The position numbers were made by a program, and so were the translations under genes. The notes beneath the pieces were generated by a model. The model saw nothing but the letters and a program-made list of their open reading frames with translations, did not search any database and was not told the origin of the DNA. Below are positions 40,240 to 53,800 of a DNA stretch of 64,000 nt, one piece after another (the stretch's first letter is position 1; the number at the start of each line of letters is the position of its first letter). Origin of the DNA: the human T2T-CHM13v2.0 reference genome, Homo sapiens; NCBI RefSeq assembly GCF_009914755.1, contig NC_060947.1; one strand, written 5' to 3'.

Positions 40240-40996
40240 GGTAACTGGGCTATAAAGACCTACATTCATATCTGCCCCCAGAAACAGTAATCTAAGACTT
40301 GGATTTGAACTTAGTATCTGGAAAAGACTTTGGCTTCTCTCCCTCTAGGAGGGGAGTAAATACACATTTATTGTATGTGGGACTGATGTATTAAATGGGG
40401 TGGGGACATTTTTAAAGTAATGTATATGAATTCTGGGTAGCCAAAAGATAGAATGTAGTGGGTATCTCTGTTAGTCCTACTTTCTGAGACTCTTTCCCTC
40501 TTTCCTCTGAAAATGTAATTCCTTTTTCCTTTGGGGAACTAAGGTTTAGTTGGGTCTAATGACATTCCATCTCCTCCCCTCTGACCCCTGTGTAAAGGGT
40601 GAAGAGGTGAGCTAGGCTTGCCCAGTCAGATTAATTTATCCCCCTGGCCAGAATCATCAGTTCAGAGCACAGCACATGTCCCCAAACAGACCTCTCAGAA
40701 CAGACCTTCCCTGAGATATTCTTGCTGAAATAATCTGAGATTTTCTTGGAGATGATGAGTTATACAAAGAGACTGGAGGTGCTTTAAGCAATTTCCCAGC
40801 TCAGGGATGAAGCTGTTTTCAGTAGGAGAGAATGAGGGCAAGGAAAAGAAAGCAAGGACAAGCTAAGAAAGGGGCCAAAGAAACATAACCACATTAAATT
40901 CAGTTCCTTGAATAAATAAGTCCCGCTCAGTTTGCGTTTTTGCTAGTTTAAAATGAGTCTCTGTCACTTGCAAGCAGAAGATTCCAGACTCATACA
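40240..40996 (+). mobile_element. Old MLT1 internal 3' end plus LTR (LTR ~40454-40996)
   Basis: Purine tract gggtagccaaaagatagaa directly before tgtagtggg; LTR end ctgtcacttgcaagcagaagattccagactcataca. Confidence 0.6.
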
Positions 40997-41306
40997 TTCA
41001 GGGAAAAAGAGAGAGAGAGAATTTGTGTGCATGCGTGTGGGTGTCCTATTCCAGCAGGGATTGAGAATGATTAAGAATTGGATTTCTATATATTTGGTAG
41101 TGACATGTTTATTGTTTTTATTTTTGTTTTTTTTTTTATAGTTGAAGAAATGAACACACAGCAATCATATAATCCTCCCAATGTTATACAGATAGAAAGT
41201 GACAGACCCAGGATTTGATCTATTTTATTCTCAAGCCCATATTGTATGTGAACTCAAACGAGATAATGGGATAAGAAAAACAGCCTTGAGCACTTGGGTT
41301 CCCCAG

Positions 41307-41575
41307 ACTTATCTGGTGTTTGGTCTGGTGGGTTGGAAGGATGGGTGGACAAAGCATAGCAAGAAATCCCCTTTCTCGGGGATTCCTCCAGCAACAAAGG
41401 CTCTTCTTCCTTTCGGACTTTCTCCCTGTAGCCTAGTGCTGGAGGCCTGATCTTACAGCATCATGCAATGTGATGTCTAAGGGCTTTGGAAGTCTAGGCT
41501 CTGTCACCTTTTTGGTCATGCTTTCAAAACTTGAAATCCCATTCTCTAGTTACTCGCTGTATCATTTCAGCCTTA
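41307..41575 (+). pseudogene. GREB1-like exon remnant, C-terminal region
   Basis: LSPCSLVLEA/(shift)ILQHHA vs AAPAQLLLEKFLQHHS; HLFGHAFKT*NPIL vs LFFPLSLKNHDHPVL. Confidence 0.7.
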
Positions 41576-41629
41576 AGTCAATGAATGCTGCTGATTGAAA
41601 TGGATGATTCCTTTTGAAATATGGGGATT

Positions 41630-41795
41630 CCTTTCATTTTTCCTTTCTTCCTTTCTCCCTTTTTTCTCTCTCCTTTCCTTCCCCTCCTTCCTTCCCTCCT
41701 TCCCTTGCACCTACCCTCCCTCCATCTGCTCGTCCTTCCTTCCTTCCTCCCTCCCTCCTTCCCTCCCTCCCTCCCTTCCTTCCTTCCTCCTTTTC
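41630..41795. repeat. (TTCC/TCCC)n pyrimidine-rich simple repeat
   Basis: direct observation. Confidence 0.9.
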
Positions 41796-41855
41796 AAACT
41801 GTGTACTTATTTACTTTTTCATTATGTTTTATCAGATATCTCTCTGTGTTTGCAG

Positions 41856-42160
41856 TGGGAGCATGGTCCTTGTTAGCTCAGTCCACCAAGTTATTGAAAC
41901 ATCACATATCTCTCCCACTCCAGCCTTCCACCCCTATTCTTGTTGATTCAGTCATACTGCCTTCATCCTCACTTTAAGGAAACCTGAATCATGAGGGTTA
42001 TAGGTGCAATATCAGTGATGAGTTTGGAGAAGAGGGATTCTGTGGCCTGGGACTGCCTTAGGATAGATTCTGATCCAGAGATGGCGAGTCTGGTCCTGCC
42101 TCTCTCCTGAGAGGCACTGCACACATCAGCTGAATCCTTTCTGTTATGAGAAACTCTAAT
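41856..42160 (+). pseudogene. GREB1-like terminal coding remnant
   Basis: Acceptor ctctgtgtttgcag; MVLVSSVHQVIETS vs VCYVSSRPHSLNIS; IGAISVMSLEKRDSVAWDCLRIDSDPE (42000-42080) vs [27 protein letters not shown]. Confidence 0.7.
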
Positions 42161-42249
42161 TAATGCATGTGCTGATTTGTTCTTCCCTGCTGAGGATGTT
42201 GGATTAATGATTACTGGGTGCCACATATGTTATCTCTTATGTATCTTTA

Positions 42250-42515
42250 ATAAAAATAACAATGGCTACAAGTTACAGTAGCTTTACTGTGTTCAGCAGC
42301 CCTGTGCTGTCTTCCATATTCATTCTTTCATTTATCCCTCCCCCACCCTACGAAGTCACTATTGAGCATTATTTGCTTCACTGTACAGAGGAAGGAACTG
42401 ATGCTCAAAGAATTTCAGTAAATTTCTCAAGGTCACGCTGCTAGAAAGAGGTAAGGTGGGTTGCACACCAAGGCTTGTTTGATTTCATAGCACTTAACCA
42501 CTTGCCATCGTGCTG
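42250..42515 (-). mobile_element. MIR SINE
   Basis: tacagaggaaggaactgatgctcaaag...tctcaaggtcacgctgctag. Confidence 0.7.
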
Positions 42516-43224
42516 TTAGGTTTTAATGTTAAGGGGAAGTGAGAAATTTAATAATAGAACTTGGGCAAGGTAGCAATAAAAATGAGGTAGTGCTGTTGCA
42601 TCACTCTTACAACTACCCTTCTTGCAATCCCCTTGCCTTTACATTTCAGAGGTGCTTGGAATGCTGATGGAGTTGAATCAGCAAGAGGGCCTGACTGAGA
42701 AGGCAGAGGATTTCTGACTCCACAGTTGGCCTTGCCAAGTTGGAGGTGCCCTTCCTGCCTCAACATCCACCAACTAACTACCAGAGAGCTTTGGGGTGTG
42801 ATGTAGAGGGGAAGAAGGGGAAAGGTGTGGTGTGGAGAGGGGATGGAGTGGGATGAGGTGGAAACCCTGGCTGGTCTTGAGGGCTAGAAACCAACGAGCT
42901 CTGTGACCTTGGGGATGTTCCTTAACCTCTCTGGGCTTACTCCTGCTTTGTACCACAGCGAGTTTAAGCTATGTTTGCTGCTAGTTCAGGCAGTCCATGA
43001 TGACATGATTTTTAGGAGGAGAAAACAGAGACAGATGTGCTGGAAGACACAGGCTCAGAAAGTTTCCGAGCCAGCCAGTCCCACATGAATGCCTACCACT
43101 CCAACGTTGTGTCAGTTCCCCTTTGGCTTTCTGACACTGCCTCGTGTCACCATATGGTTCCTGTTAACTGTTAGTGATCAACAGTCAGCTGCATCTAGAG
43201 CTTAGCTCCAACATGGGGGGGAGG

Positions 43225-43440
43225 AGTTTTGGTTCAGGAGTCAGACTGCCTGGGCTCATGTTCTCACGTCGTTGCTTACTTTCTGTGCGTTAGTTTCCTC
43301 ATCTGTGAAAAAGGGAGAAATAATGGTGCTTTTCTCATGGGGTTCTCTGAGGACTGAAGGATATATTCATGTAAAATGATCTACCTGCTTCATTTGGTGC
43401 CAGGTACATGGGCCTACTCCTTCAATGTTAGTAATTACTA
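43225..43440 (+). mobile_element. MIR SINE
   Basis: ggagtcagactgcctggg...agtttcctcatctgtgaaa. Confidence 0.75.
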
Positions 43441-43554
43441 GCAGCAATTCAATCAGCAAACATTTGCAAGTCGTCTTCTAAAGCAAACCCCACAGGTAAG
43501 TGCTGTAAGGGACACAGAGAGGCATAGCCATGCCCCTTGATCCAGAGCTACATG

Positions 43555-43950
43555 TTGTGATCACCAGATACAAATGCTGAGGCAGAGTTCTGGGTATGAG
43601 ATGTCTGTGGGGGATCAACACCTGTGAAAAGAAGGGGGAGAAATAAAAACTCTGCAAAGAAGGACCTGGAACTGTGTGTGATGCAGACCCAACGAAGCCT
43701 CCGCCAGTCAGGCAAACTCTGGAACAAAGACTGTCCTCAGAGGGTACAACACCAGACCAAAATGGCCAGGTTTCTACAGCCCTGCCTTGCTCACTAAACC
43801 AGACATGGGCCACCCCAGAAAGGACATGACAAGGCCAGTCTCAGCGTTTAGGCAGACTCTGAAGGGGCTGACAACTGGAAGCTGTCTGCAGAGCTGGACA
43901 TCAAGTCCTTCCTTGAAGGGGGATCTAGGCAACACAATTGAATGCCCACC
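43555..43950 (-). mobile_element. LTR16-family LTR inserted in an L2 remnant
   Basis: gctgaggcagagttctggg...ggatcaacacctgtgaa...ccttgaagggggatctaggc; L2-like flanks 43445-43550 and 43960-44090. Confidence 0.55.
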
Positions 43951-45234
43951 ACACTCAAGGAGTTTATAAATAGTCAAAGGAATAGGCAGAGGACTAAAAC
44001 AGATCACAGACTGTCCCTGGAAAAGTTTCCAGAGCTTGGCTGAGCTGAGAGGTTATTTGCCCAGGGCTGCCAAAGACAAACTTGTGACAGGGAGAACACA
44101 GGTTCTTGTAGAGAATGGGTGGGAAAGCATTAGATCTGTGCCCATGCTACACCAGAGATGGCAGATTGAAGGTCTACCTAGAGAAGTTAAGCCCAGGGTT
44201 AGAAACCTGGGAGATGGGGGCCTGGAAGAAGAAAAAGCCAGGACACACATTTTATACATGATTTTATGAATTTGGGTTAATTGAGTGGCAGGCATGAAAC
44301 TTCCAAAACATGAGCACGTGTCCTGCCCAAGGTGAAGGCCGTGGGTGGGTGCCTGCTGCATGGCACAGTGGAGAACCTGAAGTCCTAAGGGCTGGACAGA
44401 AGCCTGATTAAAGACCCAACTAAACAGGTGTTAGGGGGGAGGAACCAAAAACACTATATGGCTCTTGTAAAATGCGAGTAAGTAAAAGTGAATCTAGATT
44501 CTCAAACCAGAGGAAAATTAATAAAAATGGCTCCATACCCTCTCTGATTCCCAATGTGTCTCATTCAGTGTGTCTCACTCGTGTCTCCTCAATGTGTTTG
44601 TCTAGCACAGTTCTTCATCTATTGTCTTTGCACCACGGTCTTGACCACCATGATGATCTCAACATATTAAAAAGGCTTACTTTGAGGGAATGTGCTGAGT
44701 GTAGGTGGTGGCTTCCCATTTTGGCCCTCAAAAATTTGGAGATGCAGCCTGGAGGCATGTTGGGGAGAGCCTGGAATGCCCAGACAAAAAGGATACACTT
44801 ACTTCAGCCAGAATTTTCAAGTCACTGAAAACTTTGTAATCGGGGGAGGGATGGAGAAATTCGACCTGGGCAGGATCCATTTGCCAGCAGTGTCCAAGGT
44901 ATTCTGGAACAGTGGGAGGTAGAAGGTAGACACCTAATACTGAGGGCTGGCTGTATTAGTCTGGGAGGAGAAGGAAAGGGTCCTAAGCTAGGAGGGTGGC
45001 AGTAGGGAAGAATGCTTGGGTAGTAGAGACAATGCAAGATACCCATGTTTCTGAATTTGGTGTCAAAGAAAATGGTGGGTCTTTCTAAAGGCAACAGAGG
45101 GGTCTGGAGGAAGAGCTGGCTTATGGGGAGGTGGGGTAAAGGTAATTAGAGAGAGAGAGAGAATAGGAGCAGAGCATTTCTTTTGCTTATGAGATGCTAA
45201 TGGGAGGAAAACTTAGGATTTTGTATGCAAACTC

Positions 45235-45697
45235 TAGGCTGGGTTGCCAGAAGCAGACCCTAGGATGAGGATTTGCAAGCAAGTGAATGGTGAAGAAGCC
45301 CTCCCAGGGGAGACCTGCAAAGAAGGAGGGGAAGTAGGGAAAGAGAAAGGAAGAAGCTGGGCAAGGGCACACTCAGGTGAGTTGCAGCCTTAGCCCAATC
45401 TGCAGGGGAGTTCTGGAGGGTAAATTGTGCCTCAGAATTGCCCCACTATGGGTAAAAGAGCTAGGTTTCATGCATCTGCCTCCAGCAGTCAATGACGGAG
45501 AGTCACCCAGGTACTTCCAGTTCCCTGCAAATGCGTGCAAAGTGGCTCCCTACTTTTAGTCTGGGGGCTGTCCTCCCGAAGCAGAGCATAGGTGCTAGGT
45601 GTTTGAAGTAAGAGCACAGTGAAGGGGGCAGAGTACGCAAAGGATCAACAGGGATCCAAGGGGGTCTGAGTGGAGCACTAACACTATCTGCTATTAC
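45235..45697 (-). mobile_element. LTR16-family ERVL LTR
   Basis: ctaggctgggttgccagaagcagaccctaggatgaggatttg...ctaacactatctgctattaca. Confidence 0.75.
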
Positions 45698-47189
45698 AAT
45701 CAACGCTGTCTTGAGAAAGAAGAGTGGCTTGCCAGTGAATGTTCTGGCCTGGCTGGTCCTTGCTCTCCTCCAACCATCTGCTACTTCAGTGAATAGGGTT
45801 TGGGAGCCTGGGTCGATGTGTTTGCAGACTTCATGTTAGATTCACCTTTTGCCATGAAGAAGGGGAAGCCAGAAAGTGTTTCTCCATGTGGAGCACCCAG
45901 TGGGCTAGATTGTGCCCTGGCAGTTGGCACATCCCTGAGGCTCTGATTTGGGGGGCGGGGAGCCTGTAGAGGGCTCTGAGTTTCAGCCCATTATTATTTT
46001 CAGTGCTGTGGTTTCTGAGACAGCCATTAGTGCATTGGCCCTCTGGCAGCCCTCTCTAAGGTGGCCACTTGTCAGCAGTCAGGAGTACAGCCCTTGCCCA
46101 CTTGCTGATACTCTCAGCCTATTAGACCTCCTGGAAGATGCAGGAAGTGGAGGACACAGGTGTGCTGCAGTCACATGTGAATTGCTTTGACTTAGAGTAC
46201 ACTGGGCCTGAACCTGAAAGTGGGAAGGGGTGGAGAGGATGCCTTTTCCTTCCTTGTAAATACATCAATAAATAAATAAGAATGAAAGCAATGGGAATGC
46301 AAAGAGAGACTAAAGAGCTGCCTCAGACCTACTGGGTCACCATCCCACCCATTTGGGCCTGTGCCTATGCCCTGAGTGTCGGGTAAAGTTTCAGGCCAGG
46401 ACTTCAGACAAGCCAGCGAATGAAAGGTTAACTCCTGCATAAAGACGATATTCAGGATCCCACTCCAGCCTCTGGCTGGCTTCTATTCTAATGGGTCCAT
46501 GCCTATGGCATACCAGTTGTTAAACATATTTTGCATCTCAGGCCTGTGTATATCCACTCCTTACCCCCATCACCCCTCTTCTATCACCTCAGCTGATCCC
46601 TACACACTTAACTCTCAGGAAGGGAAAGAAGTAGGCCTGATTTTGCCCTCAGCTTCCAAGAAGCAGACAAGAAAACAGTAGATATCCAAGAGTTGGCTGT
46701 CTTGTCCCCAAAGCCTAGATACCATCCCTTTGTTTCTCTTCCTGTCAGAGAGCAGTGAACTGTGTGCTTTTAAGCTGCCCATCTAGGGACTACCTTGCTT
46801 TCACTGGGGCTAGTCTGGAGCAAGATTGTCAAGGTGGCACCTTCTTCCAGTGTGGACCACCCCACTATCTCTCAGCCAGCCCCCCTATGCCTTCCCACTT
46901 TCAGGTTTTTCTGAGGTTTGGCATCCTTCCAATCACACAGGAATTCAGCTGATAAATGAATTCATACTCAAAAGTTATTGACTTAATTTGTCACCTCCGT
47001 CCAGGAGCTATTTGCACTGAAAAGAGATCCACCAGGGAGAGGGCAATGTTTAACTTCAAAGAATGCCTTCCTAATGGTGGGGTTTCAGGCAGTGTGGCCT
47101 TCGGGCAGCTCCTTCAGATCACCATGGAGGTGACCTTTCTCTCAGCAAATTCATGCTGCAGGAACTTCCCATTTTCAGTGTGCACCAAA

Positions 47190-47330
47190 ATGACCTGAGG
47201 TGCTTGTGAAAGACTGCAGATTCCTGGACCCTAGAGATTTAAATCCCAGGATGGGAACCTGTACTTTAATCCACTCATCACTTTCTGATGAAAGTGATCC
47301 ACAGACCATATTTTGAAAAAACTACTCTGC
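47190..47330. mobile_element. MER5-like hAT MITE
   Basis: acctgaggtgcttgtgaaagactgcagattcctggaccc...ccacagaccatattttgaaaaaactact. Confidence 0.6.
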
Positions 47331-47333
47331 TAT

Positions 47334-47760
47334 CGTATTAGTTAGCTTGGGCTAACATAACGAAATACCACAGTCTGGGTGGTTGAAACAGAGAAATGCA
47401 TTTTCCCACAGTTCTGGAAGCTAAAAGTCCAAAATCAAGGTGTCAGCAGGTTTGATTCCACCTGAGGCCTCTCTCCTTGGCTTGCAGATGGCCACCTTCT
47501 CCCTGTGTCCCCACATGGTCTTTCCTCTGTGCATGCACACCCCTGGTGTCTCTCTGTGTGTCCAAATCCTCTCCTCTTATAAGGACACCTCTTGCCAACC
47601 TTGGATTAAGCCAACCATAACGGCCTCATATGAATTTAATTACCTCTTTAAAAAAGACCCTATCTGCAAATACAGTCACATTCTGAGGTACAAGTACTGG
47701 GGGTTAGGGTTTCAGCATATGAAGCTTAGGGGTACACAATATACAATTCTGCCCATAACA
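47334..47760 (-). mobile_element. MLT1A0/B-like solo LTR
   Basis: gtattagttagcttgggctaacataacgaaataccacagtctgggtgg...caattctgcccataaca. Confidence 0.9.
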
Positions 47761-47915
47761 GGAATGTAGAAATAAAAATAAATGAGGCATTTATGAAGGG
47801 GCAGTAGGAACTGCCAAGTTCTCGCCTCTTTTCAGTAACTGCAAGAGAGAAACTATACCCAAGTTGAAAGAGATTGTGCAAAAAGCACTGGGGATCAGTC
47901 AGCTAGGGAGAGGTA

Positions 47916-47934
47916 CAGCGCCCCCTGTTGGCAC
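47916..47934 (-). promoter_or_regulatory. Strong CTCF motif
   Basis: Minus strand gtgccaacagggggcgctg vs consensus tggccaccagggggcgcta. Confidence 0.7.
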
Positions 47935-48283
47935 GCTGGCCTCTGTTTAGGAAACCACCTTGGCTCACCCTCTAAATTGCCTTTCCTGTTGTTATTCTTC
48001 CCTAGGTTTAGAAACACTTTCTTCTTTCAGCTTCATGAGAGAGAACAGTCTTTGGCACTGGCACCAGAGTGGCCGCCCGAGGCAGCCCTTGCCTCCGCCT
48101 TCGAGGATGTTTCTTTCCCCAGAAAAAAGCGAAGACCCTTCAACCTCCCCATTCATCATCACTACGGGCAATCTAATTACAGCCTTGTCTTAATGAGGAA
48201 CTCATTTACAATTGAGACTTCTTCCTTATGAAAATGTAACATCTTGAACTATGTTTTTATGGCCCCTTTTTACAAAAATAAGA

Positions 48284-48305
48284 AAGGAAATTAATTAATT
48301 TCCTT
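48284..48305. other. Perfect 22-bp palindrome aaggaaattaattaatttcctt
   Basis: Sequence equals its own reverse complement. Confidence 0.95.
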
Positions 48306-48359
48306 GTACACAGGAAAGACTCATGAGGTCTTGCCGGTTGTGCGCAGAAAGGATGTGCG

Positions 48360-48374
48360 CTCTCTTTCTCTCTC

Positions 48375-48411
<37 letters not shown>
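48360..48411. repeat. (CT)n microsatellite
   Basis: direct observation. Confidence 0.95.
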
Positions 48412-49099
48412 GGGCCTCCTGCTGTGTGACAGTGAAATGCTAAAATGATTTTGGCAGGAGAATATTCTCAAAGGCTGTTTTTATTTCAGCAGCAGAAGAG
48501 TATCTCAGAACGCAGGCTGCACCTCTGCCCTGTGGGGCTGTTTCTAATTGCATGAGGTGAGCTGCAGAAGTCCTTCCCCCAGCCGGATGGGGAGAAAGTG
48601 GTAAGAAACCTAAGGAAGATAATCGTGTCTGCCACACTCAGCGCTCGCCACTTAAAGGAATTAACTTGTTGGAATGAAATATTTCTATGGATGCAGAAAA
48701 CTATGCATTAGAATAATGAGACTAACCCCTTCTTACGCATTGCAATCACTGGGGTTTGTTTCTTCCCTCTCTAATCATAACATGCTATCTTCCTCCTTGC
48801 TCACACCTCTGTAGGCAAGACTGGCTGCGAATACTTTAGATTATCACCTTCTCATTTTCAGTGTGAAATAATTGCCCAAGGATGGAAACTGACAAACAAG
48901 AATGTGGATTTCAGAAAGCAGCCCTTTTGTTATTTAGGATAGCCAAACTAAAATGGAGACAGGTAGATTGTGTGCCATCAACTTCCCCCATCCTCACACT
49001 TCCCCCTTTAGAAAAAGCTTTGTGCTTTTGCAGACCTGGATTGATTTGAAACTTGAAAGGCAGTTGAGATACTGATGTGTTTAATTAAAAACCTATGCT

Positions 49100-49350
49100 A
49101 TACAGCAGCATAAAGGTATGAGGCTCTGGGGATAAGCCTCATGGCTTTCCCTCTTGGTGCCACCATGTACTGGCTGTGTGACCTTTGGCAAATTATTGAA
49201 CCTCTCTGTGCTTCAGTATTTTCCTCTATAAAACAGGACAATGATAATTATGCTTTATAGGATGGTGAGGTTTAAATGAGTCAATACATGCCAAGTGCTT
49301 AGAAAAATGATTAACATATAGTACACATTCCCTAAATACCAGTTATTCTT
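49100..49350 (+). mobile_element. MIR SINE
   Basis: ggctgtgtgacctttggcaaattattgaacctctctgtgcttcag. Confidence 0.85.
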
Positions 49351-49399
49351 ATTTATGCTCTTGGAAAGGAGAGAGAGGCTGCCTTCCTTCTCTCTTTCA

Positions 49400-49750
49400 G
49401 GAATATTAAGCATTGTGCTCCTGCCCTCAGGGAGCTTTAGTTTAGTGCCTGTGCCAGTTGTGTAAACAACTCATTATAAGACGCATTTAAATAAATTCTG
49501 AGTAAGGATAATAGCAACATGGTATGGGTGTCCTAAGAGGAGACACGCTTAATTGTGGATTGTGGACCACAACATGAAGGAGGTGGCATTTGAGCTGGAC
49601 CTTGGTGGAATAAACAGCCTCTGTAAGCAGAGAACAAAAGAAAGGTGTTCCAGGCTGTGGGAGAAGCAAGGACACAGGCGAAGGGAGGAGAGAGTGCCTG
49701 ATGTCTTTAGAGAAAGGCAAGGATGCCTGTGACATGGATGGTAGTTGGAG
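49400..49750 (-). mobile_element. L2 fragment
   Basis: cctgccctcagggagcttt...ggaggtggcatttgagctggacctt. Confidence 0.7.
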
Positions 49751-52544
49751 GCCTCCTCTGTCCTGCAACAACCTAGCATCTTGATTTTTATTTTCAGGTA
49801 AAAGAACTGCAAATGATATTGGAGTAATTAAGTGTTCTCCATAATTTTTTTCCCTGAAACATTTGAAAAAATTTTTAGTGATGAGCAAAGTCCTATAGTT
49901 ACCAACTACAATTTGGCAGAAACCCCCCACCACCCACTCCCACACACACACATTTCTGTCCATACAGGTCACTTATTACACCCAGAGAAATCTTTGTAGT
50001 CACCACAAAAGTGCAGCTACCTCTGGGGTATGATGCAGCTGCTATTTAACTGTCACGTAACATGACAATCTAGTGTCCTATTAGAGCTAAAATTTAATTG
50101 TGAAGACGGGTACCATATTTAACTGCAATCCTGGGGGGAATTTAGGTTGACAGGCTGTAATTACCCAAACTGGAACCTGGCCAGGACACACCTACTCTTT
50201 GCCAAAAGAGCTATGGGGGTTTTAACCGCCATAGGCCTTGGGAAGCCAGCAGTTCTGTAGGGTGGTGAAGCAGCACTTGCAGCCCCACAGCGCCCCCTAA
50301 CAAAGCTCCGGGCAAGTGCAGGCTGTCCGGGGAGCAGGCCTTTTCTGACCCTCCAAACGTGCAGTTTCCCCCCAAATCCCCTCTCTGCCCCCACCTGGCT
50401 CCAATCCATCAGGGGTTATCAGAAACTTTCCATTTAAGGTTGTGTGACTGTGGTCCTGCAGTCAGGTTCTTGCTGGGTCTTATCTGTGTCTGTCTGTCCT
50501 GGGTGTCTCTCCCCAAGTCCTGCTGTTTTTCTCTTATCATGACAGAAATGCTTGTCCTGATAAAATAATTACCCACCAGAGCACAGTGGTTATCATCACC
50601 AGCTGCCATTTCTACGTAGAGATCAATTAGAGGCATCTTTTTGCTGGGGAAGTGGTCAGGCCAACTTACTAAAAATCCCATTCGGATTCTTTCTGCAAAA
50701 TGCATTGTGTTTTGGTCTTCCAATGCAGTTGTTACTAGAAAAAATAAAAATTGAGTCAAGAAGAGGTGGAAATATGGCTTGCCAATGTCACTGAAGCGTT
50801 AAAAAGGAGAAAGTTCTGGGCTGCAAGCAGCAGTGTAAATAAATGTGGTGTTAATTTAAGGTTATGGATTTTTAAAAAGACTTGTTTTTTTGTCTTTAGA
50901 AGTCTTTGCATTCATATCAGTTAAAAAATGATTTAGACAGAAAATAAATGTTGGAGCAAACTCAAATTATTATGTGCATTTTAAATAAACCTGTGTTTTC
51001 TGCTGCAGACATAGCATATGAATAATAACATTAATAATGATCACGATAATTTGTCAGCTGATGATCTTTTCCCTCAGACCTTCCAGGCTGTTGGTTCCTG
51101 GCCCTGCTATTTAACTTAGCCAACCTGTTCTTCATGAGGGGAGCTGATGATAATAGCCCTCACTTCCTCTGCAGGGTGAAAAGGTGGAAAAGCCCAAGGT
51201 TATATTCCCAGATTGTTCTAATTAACTGTGTGACCTTGGGCAGGTTGCTTCACTTCTCTGGCCAGCTATCAAAGAATGGAATGCTTTCTAAAGGGAATCG
51301 GCAGAAATGTAACGTGTAAAATCAAAGCAATATGGTAATGTCACCTGGGAAGATTTTTCCCCCTTTTTAGGATACAAGTGGTAAAAAAAAGAAGCAGACT
51401 CAAAAAGCAATTATTGGTCAAGGCACAGGAGGAAGTCAGATTAAGACTAATTTTTAGAAACAGGTGGGATGGTTTTCTGCTCAGTTTCTAAGGAAATACA
51501 CACATTCATACACACATAGGTATACTTTGGTCAGTGGGAAATCTGCTTAAAATGCTCACTTTTTTTTCTTCCCTGAAAAAAGATTTTCAGTGTTCTACAA
51601 AGGCAACAAACACGACATCAAAATATTATTATCTATTTAATTCTCCTAATAGCATAATACGTCTAGATACTACCAACGTAACAATAATATACTAGGTTGA
51701 GAGATCAAAGAGTTTAATATCAGAAATTTCACATGATTCAAACTAATGATGTATATATAGTATATACGTAAGGTGTATATATATATATCTTTTGATATAT
51801 AATAATACAGTCCAGAAAACTATAATTCTTCTATGCTTTTATTTCTCTAACAAATCTTAGGAAAAAATTGGTAAACTCTTCATATTCCCATTCTAATAGT
51901 TAGCATGAGATAACGTAACACTTATTAACAGAAGACACTTTGGAATCTCAGGTTACATTTCTAAACATGGGTCAGGCCCTGATTTGTCCCTGTAAAAATA
52001 TAACCAGAAGTTGGCATGTGGGAAGGTCACTTAGAGGCACTGGTGGGGTTGTTGGCTCCCACCAAAGGGGAAGGGTACCCTGAGCACTTGGTGAGGGTGA
52101 TCCCAGTGGAGATTAGCTCAGTGAGGCCTCTCTGCACAGCTTCACTCAGAGATTTGAGATTGTAATATATGTCCCTGGGGGGAGATCATTTTTCATTAAG
52201 AATTCATTAGAGTTAATTGGCAATTATTTTTTATTAGCAATTAAAAAATAAAAATAAAAGTATTATACCCAGTAATGATTTCAGGGGCAGCTAATGTGAT
52301 AGACAGAATGTTCCAGGATATTTTCAAAAGAAAAAGTCAGGGCTGCTAGGGGTAGGGAAGCTCTCATGAATAAAGTGGGTAGATACCAAAATGAGTACTA
52401 AAATAATGATTTCAGATAGGAGCAATCAAATTTACCACTGATTGAATTTTTTACTTCCTTATTTTTATTTCTGTATTTATTTGTTGCTTCTTCCACCCCT
52501 GTAAAACAGCCAGAATAACTAGATGAAGTCTTCTCCAAAACATA

Positions 52545-53800
<1,256 letters not shown>

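Noticed and set aside
42249-42254. AATAAA as the pseudogene poly(A) signal
   Set aside because: It coincides with the AT-rich end of a minus-strand MIR and cannot be distinguished from repeat sequence.
48058-48078. Additional CTCF-like motifs (ggcaccagagtggcc; also agccccagggggcag at ~59265)
   Set aside because: Core spacing or key bases deviate from consensus, and the second lies in an LTR16 fragment.
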